DNA of 64,000 nt, taken from contig CAWISW010000002.1 in the NCBI GenBank assembly GCA_963838925.1, positions 549,635 through 613,634 on the forward strand, in the 5' to 3' direction. The position numbers and the translations under genes are program-made. The first letter of the stretch is position 1. Every line of letters begins with the position of its first letter. Shown here one piece after another: positions 51,345 to 61,079 of the stretch. The notes beneath the pieces are model-generated. The model had not been told where the DNA came from. It made no database searches and saw nothing but the letters and a program-made list of their open reading frames with translations. This DNA comes from an uncultured Nitrososphaerota archaeon (GTDB lineage Archaea > Thermoproteota > Nitrososphaeria > Nitrososphaerales > Gagatemarchaeaceae).

Positions 51345-52136
51345 CTAAAATATCTGCTCGCTCGCGAACACTTCGATCCCGTGTTCGGTGATGCGGTATG
51401 GGTGTGGCTGGGTGTCGTGCGCGACTCCGCGCATCTTCTCGATGCTGAACACCCTGGTGAATGTCGAGCCCGCGAGGATCTTCGAGAGGACGATGACGCC
51501 CTGGGTGAGAAACTCCTCGAAGACGTGCGGGCGCTGGAGTTGCGCGTCGTTGAGCTCGTCGACGAATATCGTGGTGCATTTTGTCTTGGAAGCGGCGGCG
51601 ATGAGGTCTAGGAACGCGATGCGCCGTGTGTACTCGTCGCTGAAGTGGACGATGAGCGTCGAGATAGGGTCGACCACCAGGCGGGTCGCGCCCACCTTCT
51701 TCACCGCGTCCACCAGGGACGATATCATGGTAGAGAGCGCGAACTCGTGGCCGCCGACCTCGGCCCCGCCGAGCTTGATCTTCGCAGGGAGCAGCCTGAT
51801 GGGGGACGCGTCGACTATCGCTATCTTGCCCTCCTTGACCGGTTTCGCCAGGTCGACGCCCATTTGCTTGGCGTTTGCAAGCAGCCTCTCGGGGTCCTCG
51901 TCCATGGAGAGGTATACCCCGTTCTCGCCCGCCGCCACCCCGGCCTGAAGGTATTGCAGGCTGAATATCGTCTTGCCGCTCCCGGGCGCCCCTAGGAGGA
52001 GCACGGAGGAGCCCTTGGGCACCCCTTTGTTGTCTAGCAGTGAGTCGACGCCCTTGATCCCGATGGTCACGTAGGAAGTTCTGTCCGGATGTCCGGACTT
52101 GGAGGCATCGACTGACCGGCTTCGCTCCGATTCCAT
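51345..52136 (-). CDS. KaiC/RAD55-like ATPase
   Basis: GAPGSGKT, LVVDP, IEKMRG..HD. Confidence 0.92.
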   Translation of the reverse strand: MESERSRSVDASKSGHPDRTSYVTIGIKGVDSLLDNKGVPKGSSVLLLGAPGSGKTIFSLQYLQAGVAAGENGVYLSMDEDPERLLANAKQMGVDLAKPVKEGKIAIVDASPIRLLPAKIKLGGAEVGGHEFALSTMISSLVDAVKKVGATRLVVDPISTLIVHFSDEYTRRIAFLDLIAAASKTKCTTIFVDELNDAQLQRPHVFEEFLTQGVIVLSKILAGSTFTRVFSIEKMRGVAHDTQPHPYRITEHGIEVFASEQIF

Positions 52137-52326
52137 CGCTTCACTTGCCTCCCGCTCCTCGCCGAACCACAGCGAGACATCTTTTCTTGGGAGCCCACCA
52201 CCCCTCGGGGCATTGATGGACTGTGCTTATGGGCATACAAGGGCGTGACTCATGCAGTGAATATGAACTTTGCATTTAAGCGCCCATCGATCCCCAAGCA
52301 ACAAGCATCCGAGAAGTCGACAAGGT

Positions 52327-52840
52327 CTAGTTCGAGCTCTTCGAGATGTGGCTCTTAAGCGATTGTTCCCACGCTTGGGGGTTCTGGACCTCGAAGGTGG
52401 CTATCTCCACGCCGTTCTCGGTCTCGATTGTGAGCATAAGCCTGGAATAACCCTCGGAGTCGTCGAGGAAGCCCGGGTGCGTGTTGATCGCGCGCTCCCC
52501 CGAGCTCTTCTTCTCAAAGTCCTCCTTGTTCTTCCAGTTGGGGCGGCTCCTCCTCGCGCGCACCCCGGACTCTACCGTCACGTCGATGATGGCGCCCAGT
52601 CCGAGCGAGAGGACACGGCCCGTCGAGTTGAGCCTAGCGCTCTGGAGGACCCCGGTGTAGCGGGGCTCGTAGATGTGGAATATCAGATATCGAGAGTTCA
52701 GGATGAGCTTCCCGACCATGATGTTAGGGTACGAGGAGAGGTGGCCCTCGTAGTAGACGAAGACGTTCGCGGCGATCTTGGAGGTCTCGAGCGATTTCTG
52801 GCTCGTCTCACTCGCCTCCGGCGCGCTGCTCCACGGTCAT
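52327..52840 (-). CDS. Hypothetical protein, PH-like fold (5' end probably frameshifted)
   Basis: GKLILNSRYLIF motif; frame open upstream of the tracked ATG at 52719. Confidence 0.5.
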
Positions 52841-53275
52841 CTCCTTCCTTCTCTTGGCGGAGAACGGGTCGAAGGTGGCCATCGACTCGACGTCGTGGAT
52901 GCCCCTCGCCGCGACCAGGCAGCCTCCCAGAGTCAGGACCGCGCAGGCGGCCGCCAGCGGGACTGGGAAGAGGATCCCGACCACGCCGGTCTCGGCGGCC
53001 AGCGTCCCGCTCGCCGCTATGAGCAGGGTCACCTGGCTGAGGAAGGAGCGGCTCCTGTGAGCAGTAAAGATGAGCCCGACAGCGCCCAGGGAGAGCCCGG
53101 GGACTATCAGGTATAGCCAGTTCGACGAAAAGGCGATAGTTGCGACGGAGGTTACCATGAACATGAAGCTACCGGCGAGCGATAGCGCGAATCCCCTGAG
53201 CTTCCTGCTCCTCCCTTCCAGCTCGGGGTATAGCTCTGGATACATCGGCCTGTGGTTGCGCATGCCAGACTTCAC
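52808..53275 (-). CDS. Membrane protein
   Basis: Four hydrophobic segments. Confidence 0.55.
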   Translation of the reverse strand: MKSGMRNHRPMYPELYPELEGRSRKLRGFALSLAGSFMFMVTSVATIAFSSNWLYLIVPGLSLGAVGLIFTAHRSRSFLSQVTLLIAASGTLAAETGVVGILFPVPLAAACAVLTLGGCLVAARGIHDVESMATFDPFSAKRRKEMTVEQRAGGE

Positions 53276-53284
53276 CGCGAGAGT

Positions 53285-53731
53285 TTAGAAGTTTAGACTG
53301 TTGAGTCGATTCGGGCTATTCACCTTCGACTCGATTGGCACCAGCTCGGGGGAGATCATGCGCTGGATGTCGATGTACTTTGCGACGAAATCGCTCCCCT
53401 TGGGGGTCGCGAGGTATACGACGCGGTCGTCCTCGTGGACCGAGTCCAGAAGGCCCGTCTCGGTGAGCTTCTCGATCATCCTTGTGGTGACCACGCTGTT
53501 CACGTTGGCGAAGAGCATGATGTGGCTCTTGCTCGAGGGCGACCTGCAGCAGTTGAGGACGTCCGCCATGACGTCTATCCTGCCCCTGTTCTTGGCGTGG
53601 GACTGCTTGGACGCGCGCGTCTGCGTGGGCGCTGCGGGCGCGATGCCTGCCTGTGCTTGCCTTGCGTGCTGGAATGACTGCATTCTAGCGCAGTAGTAAA
53701 TGTGGACGCGATTAGAACGGGTGTCGTGCAA
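53285..53731 (-). CDS. Winged-helix regulator, COG3432-like
   Basis: RGRIDVMADVL...KSHIMLFANVN...YLATPKG; paralog of 20006..20344. Confidence 0.8.
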   Translation of the reverse strand: MHDTRSNRVHIYYCARMQSFQHARQAQAGIAPAAPTQTRASKQSHAKNRGRIDVMADVLNCCRSPSSKSHIMLFANVNSVVTTRMIEKLTETGLLDSVHEDDRVVYLATPKGSDFVAKYIDIQRMISPELVPIESKVNSPNRLNSLNF

Positions 53732-53811
53732 CAGCGTCCGAGTCGGCCCGGAGGCCCGTCTGTAACATTGTTACTTGCGACCCCCCTCCTTTTTGCAAGA
53801 CAAAGCGCAAG

Positions 53812-54030
53812 CTAAGCGAAGTTCGCAAGCAGTATGATGGCCGCGACGAAGAGCATCAAGCCGATGATGATGAAAAGCAATCCCTTCCAGTTGAAGGGCT
53901 CTTGGTGCCACTCCGGGGCTTCTTCTTCAGCCACGCCCGCCACTCGAGAATCTGGATGATATGAAGGTCGTTGTTCCTCGTCAAGTCGAGGTATTCTCGT
54001 TCGAAGCCTGGAGGAGGTCGGCGGCCACAC
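53812..54030 (-). CDS. Small protein with C-terminal TM
   Basis: Hydrophobic C-terminus; begins immediately after the kaiC 3'-end copy. Confidence 0.45.
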   Translation of the reverse strand: MWPPTSSRLRTRIPRLDEEQRPSYHPDSRVAGVAEEEAPEWHQEPFNWKGLLFIIIGLMLFVAAIILLANFA

Positions 54031-54040
54031 GAGGTCAGGA

Positions 54041-54120
54041 TTAGCCGATTCTGGCGGTGGTCTCGATTATCAGGCCGTCGGACTGGACGACGTGCCTTAA
54101 CGTCTTGGACTTGGCAAGAC
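54041..54120 (-). repeat. Copy of the 3' end of KaiC-like gene 56021..56797
   Basis: 61/70 identity to 56021..56090; encodes SKTLRHVVQSDGLIIETTARIG*. Confidence 0.9.
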
Positions 54121-54195
54121 GCTGCTTGGGAACTCGGGCAGGTCAACCTTTGATGAAGCAGACTTATAGGTAAGGAATCCTTACACTAACGAAGA

Positions 54196-54495
54196 GTGCC
54201 TGTGGTCGATGAGATTGTGAAGGTGACTTCGAAGGGCCAGCTGACAATCCCTGTAAAGATTCGCGGGGAGACGGGCATTGATGAAGGGAGCCACATCTAC
54301 ATCAAGTCTCTGGGTAACATGGTCGTCATGAAAAAGGTCGACGACTTGACCTTGGACGAGATTTCTGGCCTCCTGGAGGCCGTCGCCCGCGAGAAGGGGA
54401 TGACTAGAGTTCTTCTTACAAAGGAGGTCGACCGCATCCGGACCGAAACGTGGAAGGAGAGCCTTGCCAGGCCGAAGGGTGCTCGTCGACACTAA
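54196..54495 (+). CDS. AbrB/MazE-type antitoxin
   Basis: VKVTSKGQLTIPVKIR. Confidence 0.85.
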   Translation: MPVVDEIVKVTSKGQLTIPVKIRGETGIDEGSHIYIKSLGNMVVMKKVDDLTLDEISGLLEAVAREKGMTRVLLTKEVDRIRTETWKESLARPKGARRH

Positions 54496-54931
54496 CATTC
54501 TGGTGTCCGGCCTTGTTTTCACGAAGGGCAATGAGCACCAGATCCTCCAACTAGCCGAAGACAAGAAAATCACCCTCATCGTCCCAGAAATAGTCGTGGT
54601 CGAGACGGAGCATGTGCTTAGAGAGAAGTTTGCCGGTTTCGAGGGATTGCTGGACGTCTTCTTGGCACGGCTTGAATCCGAGTCCGTCGTAATGGGGCGA
54701 GCGTCAAAAGCGGCCGAGGAGTCTTTTAGCTTGGTAAGCGACGCAAAGGACGCGCCGATTTTTGCGGCGATAGTTGTCGCAAAGCCAGATTACGCCATTA
54801 CCGGGGACAAAAGACTGCGGGACGACTTGAAGAAGTCCCCTGCCGTGGCAAAGGAGACAAGAATCCTGTCCAGCTCTGAGTTCCTTAAGGAATTCCTGGG
54901 GCAACGCCGACACCTCGATAGGTTTCGTTGA
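54464..54931 (+). CDS. vapC: PIN-domain toxin (COG1569-like)
   Basis: VLVDTNILVSG, DAKDAPI, ITGDK. Confidence 0.88.
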   Translation: MPGRRVLVDTNILVSGLVFTKGNEHQILQLAEDKKITLIVPEIVVVETEHVLREKFAGFEGLLDVFLARLESESVVMGRASKAAEESFSLVSDAKDAPIFAAIVVAKPDYAITGDKRLRDDLKKSPAVAKETRILSSSEFLKEFLGQRRHLDRFR

Positions 54932-54952
54932 CCTACAATCCGAACGTAAGCG

Positions 54953-55060
54953 CTAACCTATTCTCGCTGTGGTCTCGATCACCAGGCAGTCGGACTGGAC
55001 GACCCCTGAAGGCCTTTGACTTTGGAAGCACCCGTTTCTGAGCTTGTGGACCTCCGCCTC
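54953..55060 (-). repeat. Second copy of the 3' end of KaiC-like gene 56021..56797
   Basis: CTAACCTATTCTCGCTGTGGTCTCGATCACCAGGCAGTCGGACTGGACGAC...CCTGAAGGCCTTTGACTTTGGAAGCACCC aligns to 56021..56130 with small indels. Confidence 0.88.
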
Positions 55061-55082
55061 ATCTTCCGACTGCTCACGGCTC

Positions 55083-55394
55083 TCAACGTCTTTTGGCAAC
55101 CGCTCTCTCGATCTCAGCTTCCGCGTCTGCCATCGAGTACTTCAGAGCCACTCTCCTTCGTCTCAGCTCGTCGAGGAACGCCCACAGGGACACGCCTGCC
55201 ACAGCGGACGACTGCTCGAGGGACGATTTCTCCTTGACGTACCGGTCCACCGCTATATCCATCTTGGCCTCGGCGACCCCCCTGTCAACCAGCTTCCTCA
55301 GGAGGCTCGACTGGTCTTCCCCCGTCAGCTCCTGCAACTCTTTGAGGGATCTCCTGAGATGCTTGGGAATAACGAAGGATATCCTTTCACTCAA
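55083..55394 (-). CDS. UPF0175-family antitoxin-like protein
   Basis: RHH-like N-terminus; AVDRY....SL...S.VAGVSLWAFLDEL. Confidence 0.82.
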   Translation of the reverse strand: MSERISFVIPKHLRRSLKELQELTGEDQSSLLRKLVDRGVAEAKMDIAVDRYVKEKSSLEQSSAVAGVSLWAFLDELRRRRVALKYSMADAEAEIERAVAKRR

Positions 55395-55893
55395 GCTCTT
55401 CCCCCCTCTCGATGAACTCTTGGATTACGTCGCCGCTTATCCAGCCCTGAGAGCCGTAGTTCTTCACGTTCTTCTTGTAGTCGATTCTTGTTAGGGCTCT
55501 GACCGCGAGCAGCTCGAGCATGAGGCCAAGCGTGGTCGTCGTCTCTATTCTGTAGGATTCTGCGGCCTTCCTCCCTTTGAAGTCGTCGATGAAGAGCCTC
55601 TCCTTCTTTTCGAGGGCCAGGGCTATGGCCTCTGCCTCTCCAGAACCCACGGCGCCTGAGAGTTCCCTTGCAATAACCTCCGAACGAGGCGAGAGCTCGC
55701 ACGTCTTCAGCCAGCCTTTCTTTTCGAGGCCCTCGAGGATGAGCGCGTCGCCGTAGCCTTCGGACTTGCCCTTCGCGATCGTCTCCGCCCTGACCGCGGG
55801 AGGTATCATGATGGACGAAAATGCCTGTCTAGCATAAGCCAGCTTCCCTAGCCTCGAAAGGTGAATCAACGGGCTCGAGTTGCTGACCGGCAA
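55387..55893 (-). CDS. DUF3368-type PIN protein
   Basis: VSNSSPLIHL, GEAEAIALA, IDD..GR. Confidence 0.85.
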   Translation of the reverse strand: MPVSNSSPLIHLSRLGKLAYARQAFSSIMIPPAVRAETIAKGKSEGYGDALILEGLEKKGWLKTCELSPRSEVIARELSGAVGSGEAEAIALALEKKERLFIDDFKGRKAAESYRIETTTTLGLMLELLAVRALTRIDYKKNVKNYGSQGWISGDVIQEFIERGEELE

Positions 55894-56020
55894 TGACGTT
55901 TCTGAACTGGTGCCGGGTTCATAATAAGTATTACGACGTATGCAATCGTAGCATCCAAGCGGAAAGCCACATCGATTGGCGGAGCGGCCGGGACTCCTCG
56001 CGGATAAAGTGAGCCTGGGC

Positions 56021-56797
56021 CTATCCGATTCTGGCCGTGGTCTCGATCACAAGGCCGTCGGACTGGACGACGTGCCTGAAGGTCTTTGACTTTGGCAGCA
56101 CCCTTCTGAGCTTCTGGATCTCGACCTCGCCCTCCGCCTGCCCGAAGCCCTCCACGAACTTGAAGCTGAGGACGCCGTCGACCAGGTTCTTGAGGAAGGT
56201 GACCTGCCTCTCGTCGTGGGCACCCTGTAGCATGAGGACGAAGTGGACGCCCCCGTACTTGTGGACGGCGTTCACCCAGAAGAGCATGAGGTCGTTGATC
56301 TCCTGGGGGGTGTACTGGTTCATGAGGTACGATATGTTGAGTATGCTCCAGCGGTTGTCCTTCAGCCTGCTGAGGAAGTCCCTTGTGAGGCTCCCCAGCC
56401 CCGCGGACGACAGGTTGAGGAACTGCTCGGTGGGGACGCGCGGCATGAGCCCCACCAGTCCCTGTAGCGAAGGGGGGAGAGGCCTCACGAAAACGAGGCT
56501 GCCGTCGTCGACGTAGCTCTGGAAGTTCCAGCCGTAGAGGTCGGTGTCCTGCACTATCTCGGTGCTCGAGGTCTCCGACGTATAGTAGACTGCCTTGCCC
56601 TTCTTCTGCATGTGGGTGTATATGGCCTGCTGGGCGAACGTGGTGTAGTACGTGCCAGGCTGCCCGGTGAGGATGTAGACGCTGTCCTCCGGCATGCCGC
56701 CGCCTAGGACGAACTCTAGACCTTGGATCCCGAGGTTGCTTAATTTTACCTGATTTTCCGCCGCAACAGCGTCAGATCGCTGGCCGCTAAAGGCCAT
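56021..56797 (-). CDS. KaiC/RAD55-like protein with degenerate Walker A (probably inactive ATPase)
   Basis: GQPGTYYTT in place of GxxGxGKT; GAHDE, VDGVL, IQKLR. Confidence 0.85.
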   Translation of the reverse strand: MAFSGQRSDAVAAENQVKLSNLGIQGLEFVLGGGMPEDSVYILTGQPGTYYTTFAQQAIYTHMQKKGKAVYYTSETSSTEIVQDTDLYGWNFQSYVDDGSLVFVRPLPPSLQGLVGLMPRVPTEQFLNLSSAGLGSLTRDFLSRLKDNRWSILNISYLMNQYTPQEINDLMLFWVNAVHKYGGVHFVLMLQGAHDERQVTFLKNLVDGVLSFKFVEGFGQAEGEVEIQKLRRVLPKSKTFRHVVQSDGLVIETTARIG

Positions 56798-56961
56798 TGA
56801 AACTTACAAGAATTGGATATGTTCTAGTTGTATTTATACGAAGCGGTAATTTTTGCAGATTTTAAGCGTATTTTCTCAACGATTGTCATGCGCGTCGGGG
56901 ACTGGTTCGGGGTCTAGAGGACAAGGGGGACTAGGGTTCCCATAGGTCGTAGGTTGTGCGC

Positions 56962-57885
56962 CTACTTTACGACGTGGTAGAGCTCTATCGCCCTGTTGAG
57001 CGCGGTCGGGTCCCTCTCGACTCCCGCCTTTGCGATTTCAGCGCCCAGGATGCCCTTCAGCTTGTTCCTCAGGCTTCCCCCTCGAAGCTCTTCGAACCCC
57101 AGGTACTCGCTCGCCGCCGCGAACTGCTCGTCGCCCCATACGTGTATCGCGTCCTTCGCGAGCCTCTCCACCTGCTGGGGCTCGTAATCGCCAAGCTCGA
57201 GGAGCAACCTGGGCAGGAAGCGCTCCTTCCGGTACCTCTGGTCGCCGTACATCCTGCGGATCATCTCCCCGAAGATGGGTTTCGCCATCTCCACCGCGCA
57301 AGAGCCTCCCTTCGAGAGGATCAGCGCGAGGAGGCTCAGACTAGAGCTTGCGTACGAGGGGTCCTCGAGGTCCTTCGCGATCGCCTGCATGAGCAGGTAG
57401 GCGCGCAACCGGGCGTCGCCGCTCCAGACCTTGATGTCCGGCGAGAGCTCAAAGAGGATGGGTTTCAGGCGTTCGAGGGCCTCGGACCTGGAGCCTGGCC
57501 CGTCGAGCGTCAAGACCTCGGCGAAAGCCCTGTCGTATTTCTTCAGGAGCTGCTGCTTGTCTAGCGGTTTCCCGTTGTCCTGCCTGGGCTTCGCGCTCTC
57601 GCCACCGGACACTCCCGGGAGCTCTCCTACGGTGCCGATCGGGGCCGACTTTCTGCGAGTAGAGCTAGCCCCCACCACCGCCGTCGCGGTGAAGAGACCC
57701 GCCCCTCCCCCGAAGATCACAGAGTTGTAAGGGGCAGGGATGACGTCAAACAGGTACGAGAACATTGAGACAACCGCAACGGACCCCAGCACCGCTCCGC
57801 CCACCGCTTCGAGCAGTTTCATGGTATTGATGCTGAAAACGGATTTGCAGTATAGGATATAACACGCCATGAATCCCGGGTACAC
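56962..57885 (-). CDS. 2-TM anchored helical protein (start probably near 57822)
   Basis: Paralog of 58146..58996. Confidence 0.7.
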   Translation of the reverse strand: MYPGFMACYILYCKSVFSINTMKLLEAVGGAVLGSVAVVSMFSYLFDVIPAPYNSVIFGGGAGLFTATAVVGASSTRRKSAPIGTVGELPGVSGGESAKPRQDNGKPLDKQQLLKKYDRAFAEVLTLDGPGSRSEALERLKPILFELSPDIKVWSGDARLRAYLLMQAIAKDLEDPSYASSSLSLLALILSKGGSCAVEMAKPIFGEMIRRMYGDQRYRKERFLPRLLLELGDYEPQQVERLAKDAIHVWGDEQFAAASEYLGFEELRGGSLRNKLKGILGAEIAKAGVERDPTALNRAIELYHVVK

Positions 57886-58145
57886 TTAGAATTAGCCTTT
57901 AGACCCCGGTCAGAGTGCAATTATCGTATGTTAGGTCGTGTTACCTGCAAGAATCTCACGATGAAAGAGAATTGCATGATTTCCCGGACGATTTTCGGCC
58001 AAAATCCAGCCATCGTGGTGTCATGCCGAGGCCCTTGGCGTTTTTCGTCGATTGCCGTCCCAAAGTGCCGGCTGGAACGGCACGACCCGTCGCGCGAGCG
58101 CTGGCGCCGTCTGCTCGATGTATGGTCCGTTTTCCGCGCGGACGG

Positions 58146-58996
58146 TCATCTGACCAGGTGGTAGAGCTCGATTGCCCTTGCGGCAGCGATCGCGTTCCTT
58201 TCGTTCCCTGCGTTGACGATCTCTCCCTGATGAAGCTCCTGAACTTGCCCTTCATCCCCTTCAGTGCGAGCTCGTCGAAGCCGAGATACTCGCTCGCGGC
58301 GCGGAACTGGCCGTTTCGCCATACGTGTATCGCGTCTCTCATGACGTTCTCCACCCTGTGCTGCTCGTAGTCTTCCAGCATGAGCATCACCCTTGGCAGG
58401 AAGGGCTCGTCGTCGTACTCGGGCCTGCCGTACATCTCCACGATCTTCTGCTGGAACATCGGCCTGGCCATCTCCAACGCGCTCTCCCCTCCCTTGGAGA
58501 GTATCTGGACGAGTAGGCCCAGGCTCGCCTTGGCCAACCTTGGGTCTGACAGGTCGGGGGCCATCTCCTGCATCAGGAGGTAGACCCGAAGCCTGACATC
58601 GCCGGACCACGACCTGATCTCAGGCGTGAGCTCATAGATTATCGGCTTCAATCGCTCTAGGATCGCCGCCCTCGAGGCCGGCGCATAACAAGAGACCAGC
58701 TCGGCAAGGCCCTGTCGAACTTTCTTAGGATCCGCGCCCTCTCCAGGGGCTTTCCTGTTGCGTTGCGGGGACCTTCCGCGGTGCTCGGCAGGGACCCCTG
58801 GGAGCACCCCCACCGCGCCGATCGGCTGCGATTTCTTGTGTTTGACTTTGAGTGCCATCGCGGTCGCCGCGAGCAACCCGGCCCCTCCGCCGAAGAGGAC
58901 GGAGTTGTAGGGAGCCGGAACAAGGTCCATCGATGACATCGAGACGACCGCGATTGACGCCAGGCACGCTTCGCCGATTGCACTCGCGATTCTCAT
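58146..58996 (-). CDS. 2-TM anchored helical protein, tandem paralog (frameshifts)
   Basis: PAPYNSV.FGGGAGL, LERLKPI..EL.P.I..WSGD.RLR, ASEYLGF and RAIELYH shared with 56962..57885. Confidence 0.7.
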
Positions 58997-59248
58997 CTCA
59001 TGAACGGACTTTCTAGATTGCGAAACAGAATTTAACTAACATGAAGCGTTGTTCTATGTTTCGATTAGCATTTTTGGAAGTCTATCGCGCAAATATTGTG
59101 TGATATCTCACAGAATCCGCAAGAAATGTGCTTCCGGAAAGAACGACAGCCCGTTGCCTAAGGACAACAGGTGATTTGCGGGGTTAAGGGCCTGTTTCAA
59201 ATGCCGGGGGGCGCCATGAAACTGGTGAGCATGATGGGAGCCGGTCCC

Positions 59249-59740
59249 TTATTGGCTAGTTCCCACGGTCATCGTGTAAGAGAACAATCCACCGGTCTTT
59301 GTCACAATCTTTAGCACATGGCTCGATCCGGCCGTGATTGCCGCAGAGGCGGGCAAGCCCGTGTAGCCGCCCCCGCTCGTGAAGCTCGCCCCGTGAGCGA
59401 GCAGGATGTTCGCGTTTCCGTGGGTGGAAAGGGTGATCGGCGTAGTCACGAGCGCGGCGTTGGGCGTCAGCGGCAGTCCGTCGAAGTATATCGAGTCTAT
59501 CGTGATCGCGCTGCCGCCGGCATCCTTCATCGAGATGTTGATGCACGGAGCCGTCACCGTGGTGTTGCCGCCGCACCCTGTGCCTGTAAGAGTGACAAAC
59601 GAGTAGACGTGAGCTCGATCTGCTCCGAGGTCTGCGTTCCTCCGCCCCGGTAAGGCCGTTGCTGAGCCGCTCACGAAGACGTAGACGATGATGCCTGCTG
59701 CGACTGCGATGGCGATGAGTAGGAGTGTTGCGATGATTGG
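59249..59740 (-). pseudogene. Start-less pilin cassette P5 (type A)
   Basis: Begins at PIIATLLLIAIAVAAGIIVYV with no in-frame start or basic leader; also small indels. Confidence 0.75.
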
Positions 59741-59768
59741 ACAATTCGAGCGAATCTTGAAGCAGTTA
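59712..59768 (-). repeat. 57-bp cassette junction, copy 2
   Basis: TAACTGCTTCAAGATTCGCTCGAATTGTCCAATCATCGCAACACTCCTACTCATCGC; 54/57 to 61003..61059. Confidence 0.9.
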
Positions 59769-59836
59769 AGGATGCAGAAGCTGGAAGAAGTCGCTTTATT
59801 GAGCTTGAAAAAGGTGAAGCAGCCAGCAGGAGGGGT

Positions 59837-60567
59837 TTACCCTGTTCTGCCGGCTACGATTGTGAATACCGTTTGTCCACCGCTCGTCGTCACGATTTTG
59901 ATTGTGTGTGTTGTGCCGCTAGTTGCTGGACAGAATGGGAACAGTATCGTGGCACTGCAAGCATGCCCTTCGGCCCCAATAACCAGCTGCGCTGAACTTT
60001 GGGCCGCAAGGGGTGCAGTTCCTGATGCACCACCGGTCTCGGTCTCTGCTGTTGCCGTTCCGGCGCCATTCTTCGTAACTATGCAGATTGAGCTAGTACT
60101 GCATGTAACCCCGCCGGCTGCATTGCAGACTGAAGCGCTCCCTGTGTCCGATGTGTCCGATGTGTCTATGAAGGCGTTGGCGGCTGTGGGGATGAGCATG
60201 TAGCAACCGGCAGTAGTTCCGGTCCTAGGTTGGGAATGTCGAAGTACTTGCCGTATGTCCCTGTGGTTCCAGTGCCCCATTCGGTAAGGGCTGTCCCGTC
60301 AACATAGACTTGGCTGATTGAGACAGCGGAGCTACCCACGTTCTCAATATTCAAGTCTATGAACTGTCCAGTCCCCGACCCGGCGGTGTTGAAAGAGTAT
60401 GCTTGGAGTTGTATTTGTTGCGAAACTTGGTTGCCCCCGCTGGAGGTTAGGTTACCTGCGAGGCTGTTGACGTAGACGTAGACGATGATCCCTGCAGCGA
60501 CTGCAATTGCAATCAGCAGGAGAGATGCTATGATGGGCGAGACTGCTCGTCTTCGGGAGAACTTCAT
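59837..60567 (-). CDS. Type IV pilin P4 (type B; frameshift near 60215)
   Basis: MKFSRRRA/VSPIIASLLLIAIAVAAGIIVYVYVNS...HTIKIVTTSGGQTVFTIVAGRTG. Confidence 0.85.
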
Positions 60568-60569
60568 GC

Positions 60570-61031
60570 CTATCCGCTCCTCCCTGCGACTATGCTGAAG
60601 ACGAAGGTTCCGCCGGTCGCTGATACGACTTTGACGGTGTGTGTTGTGCCTGCTGTCAGTCCAGTGACTGTCAGAGTCATTGATGTGTATTGACCTGTCG
60701 AGCATGTTACTGGAAGAGCAGTAGCTGCCCCACATGGGTTAGTTGCTGGTTCTACGAAACTTGGAGCTGCGGTGCACACGGCGTTACCCGTTTGGCACGC
60801 ATTTCCGTCGAAGTAGACTGATGTGAGAGTGGTCGATGAGCCCCCGCTGTCCCTAAGTCCGAGTACCGGAGCTGTGAGGACATTGAAGTTGTACGAGTCC
60901 ATCGAGACTTGCTCTGAGACTTGCTGACCGCCTGACTGGGTTAGACCGCCAGCGAGGCTGTTGACGTAGACGTAGACGATGATTCCTGCTGCCACCGCGA
61001 TTGCGATGAGTAGGAGTGTTGCGATGATTGG
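60570..61031 (-). pseudogene. Start-less but otherwise intact pilin cassette P3 (type A)
   Basis: Open frame from PIIATLLL to VFSIVAGRSG*; no ATG/GTG/TTG in frame between the upstream stop and PII. Confidence 0.8.
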
Positions 61032-61059
61032 ATAATTCGAGCCGATCTTGAAGCAGTTA
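61003..61059 (-). repeat. 57-bp cassette junction, copy 1
   Basis: TAACTGCTTCAAGATCGGCTCGAATTATCCAATCATCGCAACACTCCTACTCATCGC. Confidence 0.9.
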
Positions 61060-61079
61060 TGAGAAAAGGGGAGAGTGGC

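Noticed and set aside
42589-56797. Circadian Kai clock
   Set aside because: All are single-domain RAD55-type proteins; no double-domain KaiC, KaiA or KaiB seen.
19143-60280. Many single-base frameshifts (pilins, GT2, vWA, MoxR, UbiA, membrane sensor, 58-kb paralog) as programmed frameshifting or mass pseudogenisation
   Set aside because: They are scattered across unrelated genes with no shared slippery motif, and both halves look intact; most consistent with long-read consensus errors.
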